A program made the position numbers and the translations under genes. This document shows, one piece after another, positions 18,687 to 25,212 of a DNA stretch of 64,000 nt. Origin of the DNA: a virus (lineage: Duplodnaviria > Caudoviricetes); the IMG/VR virus record IMGVR_UViG_2513237329_000013, positions 63,252-127,251 of that record. The stretch is one strand, 5' to 3'. Under the pieces are notes generated by a model that was not told the origin of the DNA, did no database searches, and saw only the letters and a list, made by a program, of their open reading frames with translations. Position 1 is the stretch's first letter. Each line of letters opens with the position of its first letter.

Positions 18687-18866
18687 GTGAAGCTGAAGTT
18701 CAATGTTGGTGATCGTGTTTTTGATAAGAAGTACGGTCATGGTGTGGTTCAGAGAGTTGATGCTGGAAACAGCGAGTTCCCGTATCTTATCTTCTACGAA
18801 GATGGGACGAAGATCTGGTATAAGGCAAAGGGTGTAACTCTTGCCCCTGCGGAACAGCAGGATTAA
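18687..18866 (+). CDS. Small Tudor/SH3-like protein (59 aa, not in ORF track)
   Basis: GGAGG RBS, GTG start; MKLKFNVGDRVFDKKYGHGVVQRVD...YLIFYEDG. Confidence 0.7.
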   Translation: MKLKFNVGDRVFDKKYGHGVVQRVDAGNSEFPYLIFYEDGTKIWYKAKGVTLAPAEQQD

Positions 18867-18876
18867 GTAAGTTAGA

Positions 18877-18933
18877 AAGACGCAAACAGCAATCTAACAA
18901 AATCAAACTTGAAATTTGACAGATAAGCGTCTT
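18877..18933 (+). ncRNA. ACAGCAA-module RNA 2 enclosing a Ser(TGA) anticodon stem-loop
   Basis: Stem AAGACGC/GCGTCTT; AACAGCAAT; TCAAA-CTTGAAA-TTTGA. Confidence 0.7.
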
Positions 18934-18945
18934 GTGGTGTGATAT

Positions 18946-19036
18946 GGAGTAGTAATCCTAACTGGTAAGGAAGTAGTTTGCTAAACTACCAGTAATCGGG
19001 AACGATGTGCAGGTTCGAGTCCTGTCTACTCCGCCA
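18946..19036 (+). tRNA. tRNA-Ser(GCT)
   Basis: GGAGTAG/CTACTCC acceptor, GTAGT-TTGCTAA-ACTAC, long variable arm, TTCGAGT, G-CCA. Confidence 0.92.
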
Positions 19037-19040
19037 ACAA

Positions 19041-19191
19041 AAGCAAGTAGACAAAGAGAAAGTCTGTTCGCAATCGAAGCCGGCAATCATTGATTATTTT
19101 GTCCGCTTTCTTCACGGTAACTGCATGGCAGGAGTGCGAATACAAAACAGATTGGGTTCTGTTGTATGGGAGCGTGGCCTATACCTTGCTT
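19041..19191 (+). ncRNA. Candidate structured ncRNA between tRNAs
   Basis: Closing stem AAGCAAG/CTTGCTT; internal hairpins TAGAC/GTCTG and TACAAAACAGA/TCTGTTGTA. Confidence 0.4.
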
Positions 19192-19198
19192 GATATAT

Positions 19199-19285
19199 GC
19201 TGATGTGATGGAACTGGCATACATGGGGGACTTAAAATCCCCCGCCGATTGTGGATTATGGGTTCGACTCCCATCATCAGCACCA
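19199..19285 (+). tRNA. tRNA-Leu(TAA)
   Basis: GCTGATG/CATCAGC acceptor, GGGGA-CTTAAAA-TCCCC, TTCGACT, A-CCA. Confidence 0.92.
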
Positions 19286-19367
19286 GCCGTTGTGATGATC
19301 GGCTTTCATCTCCTTCTTTGTGTGACGGTGGGACAGACCACTACTGCCGTGTAAGTGCGGCATAAAT

Positions 19368-19479
19368 GAGGGCGTCTGGATGACAGCTTTAAGGTGTATC
19401 GAACGGCGGACACCTACAGCAATGTTCTTTAAGAAAACTGGAATTTTTCTGCTTGCGGGTTCGATTCCCGTAGCTCTCA
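19368..19479 (+). ncRNA. tRNA-like RNA (GGA anticodon) with inserted ACAGCAA module 3
   Basis: GAGGGC/GCTCTC acceptor, T arm GCGGG-TTCGATT-CCCGT, AGAAAA-CTGGAAT-TTTTCT; insert AGGTGT/ACACCT + ACAGCAAT. Confidence 0.65.
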
Positions 19480-19548
19480 AAGCCGTTAAATAATCTTCTC
19501 GAATTGGTGAGCAATTCACAACTTCTCTGGGAAGATGTAATAAGAAAT

Positions 19549-19659
19549 GCAGAGGTAGCTCAGTCGGTAGAGCATCAGACAAAAAATGTGCTAAGCATTA
19601 GCACTAACAGCAATGTTAAAGGAATCCGAGTGTCGGAGGTTCGAGTCCTCCCCTCTGCG
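19549..19659 (+). ncRNA. tRNA body with ACAGCAA module 4 inserted in the anticodon loop (identity uncertain)
   Basis: GCAGAGG/CCTCTGC, D arm GCTC-AGTCGGTA-GAGC, T arm GGAGG/CCTCC; insert GTGCTAA-GCA-TTAGCAC-TAACAGCAAT. Confidence 0.75.
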
Positions 19660-19666
19660 TCTATAT

Positions 19667-19738
19667 TCGTGTGTAACATTTACGAAAGTACACCGTGGAT
19701 GCGATTGGTATATGTCAGTTCGATTCTGACCGCACGAG
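19667..19738 (+). pseudogene. Pseudo-tRNA (acceptor and T arm intact, D and anticodon arms degenerate)
   Basis: TCGTGTG/CGCACGA; GTCAG-TTCGATT-CTGAC. Confidence 0.55.
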
Positions 19739-19746
19739 CCTATAAT

Positions 19747-19861
19747 GCCAGGGTAGCTCAACTGGTAGAGCGCGTAATAATGCGACTTGTTAAGCCGCTT
19801 ACAGCAAATTTCTTTTGGTCTGTTAAACCCGTGGTTGCAGGTTCGATTCCTGCCCCTGGCT
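19747..19861 (+). ncRNA. tRNA-Asn(GTT)-like with ACAGCAA module 5 inserted in the anticodon stem
   Basis: GCCAGGG/CCCTGGC, canonical D and T arms, CG[insert]GGT-CTGTTAA-ACCCG; insert GCGACTT/AAGCCGC + TTACAGCAAA. Confidence 0.78.
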
Positions 19862-19881
19862 CAACGTGAATGACTGCTTAA

Positions 19882-19939
19882 ACCATTCTAAACCGACACG
19901 ACAAAAGGGTAGAAATGGTGACAGCTCGGAGAGACGGGC
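19882..19939 (+). ncRNA. Two-hairpin phage RNA motif (skipping-rope/DUF2800-like?)
   Basis: ACCATTCTA/TAGAAATGGT stem, then GACA-GCTCG-GAGAGA-CGGGC; family resemblance from memory only. Confidence 0.4.
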
Positions 19940-19947
19940 ATCTATAT

Positions 19948-20065
19948 ACGGCAGTGGTGAAGCGGTAACACAGCAGCCATACAAATGCGAAAAGTGGATT
20001 TTCGCTAACAGCTATTTCACACTCCAAGCTGCCAATCGTAGGTTCGATTCCTACCTGCCGTTCCA
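19948..20065 (+). ncRNA. tRNA-Gly(TCC)-like with ACAGCTA module 6 inserted in the anticodon loop
   Basis: ACGGCAG/CTGCCGT-T-CCA, GCAGC-C[insert]CTCCAA-GCTGC; insert GCGAAAA/TTTTCGC + TAACAGCTAT. Confidence 0.78.
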
Positions 20066-20125
20066 CGGGTATAGAGTTGACTTTTCCGTTCAAACAGCCC
20101 CTTATAAAGTTGGTAGTAACGGTAT

Positions 20126-20189
20126 GAGACGCACACAGCAATTTGTAAGTAAAGTATTTGGCCTGATAAGCGGATTTCTTTTGCGTCTC
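20126..20189 (+). ncRNA. ACAGCAA-module RNA 7 enclosing an Ile(GAT) anticodon-like loop
   Basis: Stem GAGACGCA/TGCGTCTC; CACAGCAAT; GC-CTGATAA-GC. Confidence 0.68.
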
Positions 20190-20201
20190 GCCCCCTCCTT
20201 T

Positions 20202-20237
20202 AAGACACAAACAGCATCGAGTGTGAAATGGTGTCTT
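20202..20237 (+). ncRNA. Minimal ACAGCA module 8 in the 5' leader of the DUF2828 gene
   Basis: Stem AAGACAC/GTGTCTT enclosing AAACAGCATC; no anticodon arm. Confidence 0.6.
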
Positions 20238-20260
20238 GAAGGCTATTTCAAGCGAAAAGA

Positions 20261-20274
20261 AATTAGTTAAACAA
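20261..20274 (+). promoter_or_regulatory. Dispersed operator box AATTAGTTAAACAA
   Basis: Identical 21-mer GAAAAGAAATTAGTTAAACAA also at about 35794; about 11 related copies in the window. Confidence 0.6.
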
Positions 20275-20292
20275 TTCAAGGAGGAAGTAGGT

Positions 20293-21837
20293 ATGAGTGG
20301 TTTTATGTCTGCTATGAAAAGCACTTTGAACGATGAGTTCAATGTTTCTGTTACTGAGAACGGTGCTATTGGCTATCGCACTACTGGCAAGGAACTGTTG
20401 GATCTCAACTTTGCCGTTGCATCTCTTCGTAAGGCATCTCCGAGCGATATTGCAAATCGTTTCGTCAGAGCGTTTTTCGAGGATAAGATCACGGCAATGA
20501 AATGGCTGTTCTTTGCGCGTGATGTTCGTGGAGGTCTTGGTGAACGCCGTTTGTTCCGCATTGTGTTTCAGCGCATGGCTGAGGAAAATCCGGAATACAT
20601 CATTCCGCTGCTTCCTCTCGTTCCTGAGTATGGACGCTATGATGACCTGTGGTGTTTGTTTGATACAAAGCTTGCACCTAATGTACTGAACATCATTGCG
20701 CAGCAGCTCCGCGAGGACATTCAGAACTTGAGTGATGGCAATGGTATTTCTCTTCTCGCAAAGTGGCTTCCGTCTGCGAATGCTCATTCCGCTGACGCAA
20801 AGCGTTATGCTAAGCAGATTTACAAGTTTATGGGCATTTCTGAGCGCGACTACCGTAAGGTGCTGTCCAAGCTGCGTTCTAAGCTGGATATCGTGGAGAA
20901 GAAAATGTCCGAAAAGCGTTGGGATGAGATTGCGTATGAAGCTGTCCCGTCTCGTGCAAATCTGATTTACAACTCTGCGTTCCTTCGTAACGACGAAGAT
21001 CGTCGCCGTGATTTCCTATCCCGTTTGGAAAAGGGCGAAACGAAAATCAATGCGTCTACGCTTTTCCCGCATGACATTGTTGCAAAGTATAGCGATGGTT
21101 GGCGTGGTCTGAAGCCTACGGATAAGACGCTTGAAGCTCTTTGGAACGCGCTTCCCGATACCGTAAACGGATGCGGCAATACAATTGTTGTTGCGGATGG
21201 CAGCGGCAGTATGACCGTGAATGTTGGCGGCGGCAATGTTACTGCGCTGGCTGTGGCAAACGCGCTTGCAATTTATTTCGCAGAGCGTTCCTCTGGTCAG
21301 TTCAAGGATAATTACATTACATTTTCTGAGCGTCCTCAGCTCGTCGATTTGAGTAAGGGTAAGAATCTCCGTGAGAAGATTCAGATTGCGCTTAAACACA
21401 GCGAGGTAGCAAACACAAATATCGAAGCGGTGTTTGATCTTATCCTGACTACGGCAAAGAAAAACAATATGGAACAGAGCGACCTTCCCGCAAACATCCT
21501 TATTATCTCCGATATGGAGTTTGACTACTGCGCAACATCGAATGGCGGAAGCCGATATACTCGTGGTAGTGTTGATTCTCGTCTGTTTGACAAGATTGCA
21601 AAGCGCTACGAGGACGCTGGGTATAAGTTACCAAGGCTTGTGTTCTGGAATGTGAATAGCCGCACGAATACTATTCCTATTAAGGAAAACGAGATGGGAG
21701 TTGCGCTTGTAAGCGGTTTTAGCCCGAACATCGCAAAGATGGTGATGAGCGGTCAAACCGATCCGTATGAGTGCTTGCTTGAAACGCTGAACTCTGATCG
21801 TTATAAGCCTATCGGTGACGCTCTGGAAAATCAGTAA
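20293..21837 (+). CDS. DUF2828 protein (TROVE/Ro60-like helical domain + vWA)
   Basis: TENGA, ARDVRGGLGERRLF, YGRYDDL, SLLAKWLPS, ADGSGSM (MIDAS), ISDMEFD, VFWNV, LVSGFSP. Confidence 0.88.
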   Translation: MSGFMSAMKSTLNDEFNVSVTENGAIGYRTTGKELLDLNFAVASLRKASPSDIANRFVRAFFEDKITAMKWLFFARDVRGGLGERRLFRIVFQRMAEENPEYIIPLLPLVPEYGRYDDLWCLFDTKLAPNVLNIIAQQLREDIQNLSDGNGISLLAKWLPSANAHSADAKRYAKQIYKFMGISERDYRKVLSKLRSKLDIVEKKMSEKRWDEIAYEAVPSRANLIYNSAFLRNDEDRRRDFLSRLEKGETKINASTLFPHDIVAKYSDGWRGLKPTDKTLEALWNALPDTVNGCGNTIVVADGSGSMTVNVGGGNVTALAVANALAIYFAERSSGQFKDNYITFSERPQLVDLSKGKNLREKIQIALKHSEVANTNIEAVFDLILTTAKKNNMEQSDLPANILIISDMEFDYCATSNGGSRYTRGSVDSRLFDKIAKRYEDAGYKLPRLVFWNVNSRTNTIPIKENEMGVALVSGFSPNIAKMVMSGQTDPYECLLETLNSDRYKPIGDALENQ

Positions 21838-21852
21838 AACTCCAACCCAAAA

Positions 21853-21885
21853 GTAAGCAAACCACGAAATAAGTGGGTAGTTAAG
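21853..21885 (+). promoter_or_regulatory. Phage-specific bipartite promoter copy 9
   Basis: GTAAGCAA-N15-GGTAGTTAAG, followed by hairpin AGGGCGGCGG/CCGCCGCCCT. Confidence 0.7.
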
Positions 21886-21934
21886 TAGGGCGGCGGGTGT
21901 CCGCCGCCCTATCATTATATCCGGAGGTTCGTTT

Positions 21935-22219
21935 ATGGACTTGGTTACAAAATATATTATGACGCATTCTGATGGTCGCAGTCATCCTATTTGCGGTTCT
22001 GCTATTGCTGCTGCATTTTGTGTGTCGAGCGTTGAAGTGAGACGGCTTGTAAACGCCGCTCGTACAAATGGTGATCCGATTTGTTCCAGTGGGCGTGGAT
22101 ACTACATTGCAAAGGACAAAGATGAAATCCAGAAGACAATCGAGTCTCTACAAGGTCGCATCGCTGGCATGAGTAACGCTGTGTCCGGACTGCAGCAGTA
22201 TATGGAAGGAGCGCTCTAA
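21935..22219 (+). CDS. Winged-HTH protein
   Basis: IAAAFCVSSVEVRRLVNAARTNGDPICSSGRGYY. Confidence 0.7.
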   Translation: MDLVTKYIMTHSDGRSHPICGSAIAAAFCVSSVEVRRLVNAARTNGDPICSSGRGYYIAKDKDEIQKTIESLQGRIAGMSNAVSGLQQYMEGAL

Positions 22220-22530
22220 TGCCAGATGTTGTTATGACGAATCATAGCGTGAAGCGAACAAAAGAAAGAATCGGACTAAGCAAGAAAATTGCCGATAAGA
22301 ATGCGCAGAGAGCGCTTGAATACGGTATTACACACTCTGAGGCAAAGGGTGGTTTGTGTCGGTATCTTGATAAGCTGTATCTGTCGAATGGTAATGCAAA
22401 TAATGTTCGTGTTTATCACAGATATGTATATCTCTTTCGTGGGAACACGCTTTTGACAATCATTCCATTACCAAACAAATTCTATGCTCTGGCGGACAAA
22501 CTTCAAAAACAGAAAGGCGAAGTAGAATGA
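22219..22530 (+). CDS. Basic hypothetical protein (possible RelE-like fold)
   Basis: MTNHSVKRTKER...YLFRGNTLLTII. Confidence 0.55.
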   Translation: MPDVVMTNHSVKRTKERIGLSKKIADKNAQRALEYGITHSEAKGGLCRYLDKLYLSNGNANNVRVYHRYVYLFRGNTLLTIIPLPNKFYALADKLQKQKGEVE

Positions 22531-23483
22531 GGATCGTAAAAACACATACCGGAAAAATTTATGTTGATAAGGATAAGAAACTGGAGTTTTTAACGGTTGG
22601 CGACTATGGCAAGGAAAACAATATTAAAGCAAGTTTTCTTGGTTTGAACAAAGAAATCAATGGTGTTCGACATCATGCGGTTGACCTGGCGGATAAGTGG
22701 GTTGCTACTATCAGCACTCAGAAAGGTTGCCCGATGAATTGTCAGTTTTGTGATTGTCCGAAGTATGGATTTCACGGAAATGTATCTCGTGAAGAACTGG
22801 TTTATGAAATTGAGACAATTCTTGCAAACGAACGAGTAACACATACTAATCGTTTCAATGTTCACTTTGCTCGTATGGGTGAACCTACATTCAACGATGC
22901 CGTTCTTCCGTTTGCTGAATTTGATTTGAAGTCGCTGGTGAATCGGTTCATTACGGCAGACACAATTCATCCTGTTGTTTCAACTATGCTTCCGAAAGTA
23001 AATGCCAATTTGAAGTCATTCATCATGGAATGGTGTCGCATCAAGAACAGTGTGTACAGTGGAGAAGCTGGTCTGCAATTTAGCATCAACTCGACTGATC
23101 AGGCGCAGCGTAATGAACAGTTCAACGGAAAGAGCTTATCATTATCAGAAATTTCAAGTCTCGCATCTAAGCTTCCTATGCCAGTCGGTAGAAAATACAC
23201 ATTGAATTTTGCGGTAACGGCTGACACGATTTTGGATGCGGTGGAGCTTGGAAAGTTGTTCGATAAGGAAAAGTTTATCGTAAAAATTACGCCGATTCAC
23301 CAGACAAATGCAGCCATTAAGAATGGATTTGATGTGACCACGGAATATACCGACTACGATGTTTACCGCAAGTTTGAAGATCCGCTTGTTGCTGCTGGAT
23401 GGGATGTCATTGTGTTCGTGCCGAGCGAGGAAGAAGATAGCGACCGTATTACTTGCGGAAATGCCTTAATTTCAGATAAGTGA
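22527..23483 (+). CDS. RlmN/Cfr-like radical SAM RNA methyltransferase
   Basis: STQKGCPMNCQFC, RMGEP, QFSINS, C-terminal TCG. Confidence 0.75.
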   Translation: MRIVKTHTGKIYVDKDKKLEFLTVGDYGKENNIKASFLGLNKEINGVRHHAVDLADKWVATISTQKGCPMNCQFCDCPKYGFHGNVSREELVYEIETILANERVTHTNRFNVHFARMGEPTFNDAVLPFAEFDLKSLVNRFITADTIHPVVSTMLPKVNANLKSFIMEWCRIKNSVYSGEAGLQFSINSTDQAQRNEQFNGKSLSLSEISSLASKLPMPVGRKYTLNFAVTADTILDAVELGKLFDKEKFIVKITPIHQTNAAIKNGFDVTTEYTDYDVYRKFEDPLVAAGWDVIVFVPSEEEDSDRITCGNALISDK

Positions 23484-23491
23484 GGTGCAGG

Positions 23492-23899
23492 ATGTACAAG
23501 CACTACGAAAATATTACAAGAGAAGTTTTGGATACGATAAAGGCTGGAGATTTGGTTAGAGTAAACGATTGGACGTGTCCAATGCTTGTGAAAGCAGTAT
23601 CTAAGAATTTCTTTGTAATGACTTGTAAGAAAGAAAAAGATACATATTACTCTGTGTGTTCAAAACTGCCGTGGAACGGTATTCGTCACAACGCTATGGT
23701 TGGCGGCATGTTCCATTGTGGATGTGATGATTGGATTTTCGGGACACCTCTTGGAATTAGACACGAAAACATCTACCAGTTTAATGATCCGGAGTTAAAT
23801 AGATTGTATCTACAAGAGTTTGAGGATGGTAAAACGCACATTTCTGAACGAAATGGAGTTGCTATCTATGACTTGTATGTAGAGCGCTGTGATGACTAA
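23492..23899 (+). CDS. Hypothetical protein
   Basis: GAGGTG RBS. Confidence 0.7.
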   Translation: MYKHYENITREVLDTIKAGDLVRVNDWTCPMLVKAVSKNFFVMTCKKEKDTYYSVCSKLPWNGIRHNAMVGGMFHCGCDDWIFGTPLGIRHENIYQFNDPELNRLYLQEFEDGKTHISERNGVAIYDLYVERCDD

Positions 23900-23913
23900 G
23901 GAGGTTATGCAAG

Positions 23914-24189
23914 ATGGTGGTAAGCCTACGCGAGATTGTGATGTCACATGAAAAGATTTATTCGCTGCTCTATTCTCCGTGTAAAATCGAGAGTGACCCG
24001 ATTGAAAAGCAGATTGTAGAAATTAGTACGAAGTCTCTGCGTTGGTCGGATGATGGGACAATGTTTGTCTATGTTTGGGGTTGGCCTGGGCCGGACTTTA
24101 ACAGATATTCTGCACAGACATACGGAAAAGGCTGGGCATTTACAAAACAAGAAATCATTGATGCCTGGGAGAACGAGAATAGGAAGTAG
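23914..24189 (+). CDS. Hypothetical protein
   Basis: AGGAGG RBS; YGKGWAFTK. Confidence 0.65.
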   Translation: MVVSLREIVMSHEKIYSLLYSPCKIESDPIEKQIVEISTKSLRWSDDGTMFVYVWGWPGPDFNRYSAQTYGKGWAFTKQEIIDAWENENRK

Positions 24190-24292
24190 TAAATCAATCC
24201 TATGTACAGTTCATTTCTTAAAATAATTCACTGAAAAACACAGAGTTTTTCGTTGCAAGCAAGCGCAACTAACGATTGGAGTGTAATTTGCC

Positions 24293-24673
24293 ATGCCCAT
24301 TAAAACACATGAATCACAGCGAAGAATGGCTGAAATGCAGCACATGAGAGACTGCGGATTTACTTTGCAGCAAATCGGAGATCAATACGGAATAAGCCGA
24401 GAGCGAGTTCGTCAGATTGTAAATAACATTCACAAGAAAAAGCGTACTTGTGGTGTGAAAAATATCTGCTATCCAAATTTCAAAAAATGGGCGCTTGATA
24501 ATGGGTATTCCACTTTAACAAAGCTGGCTAATGATATGGATATGTGTTCATCTCTTGTTAGAAGTCTTCTGATTAAGGGTGAATCCCCTACAAAGCGCTC
24601 AATTAGGAAGATAACTGAATTCACTGGAATGTCTGCGGATGAAGTGTTTTATCTACCAGATGTTGCAGCATAA
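24293..24673 (+). CDS. Double-HTH protein (sigma70 r4-like + XRE-like)
   Basis: FTLQQIGDQYGISRERVRQI. Confidence 0.75.
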   Translation: MPIKTHESQRRMAEMQHMRDCGFTLQQIGDQYGISRERVRQIVNNIHKKKRTCGVKNICYPNFKKWALDNGYSTLTKLANDMDMCSSLVRSLLIKGESPTKRSIRKITEFTGMSADEVFYLPDVAA

Positions 24674-24834
24674 AGAGCTGTAATCTCAACAAAGCCTTGG
24701 AGACCAAGTGGTTGTTTGTGTACTCGGTGTAACGCTGAGTTAGATAGAGAGTTCAATACTCTTTGGCGATTCAAAGGCAACGCGATATCAGAATCAAATG
24801 ATTTTCTTGTTATCCAAATGAATCGCAGAACTTA

Positions 24835-24867
24835 GTAAGCAAATTGTTATTACGATGGGTAGTTATA
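24835..24867 (+). promoter_or_regulatory. Phage-specific bipartite promoter copy 10
   Basis: GTAAGCAA-N15-GGTAGTTATA. Confidence 0.75.
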
Positions 24868-24886
24868 ACGAAAGAGGTGTGTTTGC

Positions 24887-25198
24887 ATGAGCGGTCTTGG
24901 TGAGGCTGTGATGATAACATGGGCTGAATATGGTCTGAAAATCGAAAATACGAGCGAAACAACAGAGTCGCTTGTGATTTATGTCTCTGTTCCAGAGCAT
25001 AGCTACAAAAGAAATGCAAAAGGCTCTGAAATGGCTGCTATGGATCTCGCAAAACGATTTAAGACCGTAATGACAGAGATGGGCGTTAAGCGTTTGACCG
25101 TTAAAGCCCGCGTTCGTGCTGGTGAATACTGGACGAAAGAAATGGCTGATAGCGCCAATATCGAGATGCGAAAAAACATCTATGGAAGTCAATATTAA
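24887..25198 (+). CDS. Hypothetical protein
   Basis: GAGGTG RBS. Confidence 0.65.
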   Translation: MSGLGEAVMITWAEYGLKIENTSETTESLVIYVSVPEHSYKRNAKGSEMAAMDLAKRFKTVMTEMGVKRLTVKARVRAGEYWTKEMADSANIEMRKNIYGSQY

Positions 25199-25212
25199 GG
25201 AGGGTGTAATAG

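Noticed and set aside
19286-19367. Theta/HDV-like ribozyme after tRNA-Leu
   Set aside because: A P1-like stem is present, but I could not find a P2 partner or the J4/2 catalytic segment.
18603-20237. CRISPR array interpretation of the recurring ACAGCAA motif
   Set aside because: The conserved part is only about 12 nt, spacing is irregular, copies are embedded in tRNA structures, and there are no cas genes.
19005-20342. ORFs called across the tRNA cluster
   Set aside because: They overlap tRNA/ncRNA structures, lack RBSs and have no protein-like features.
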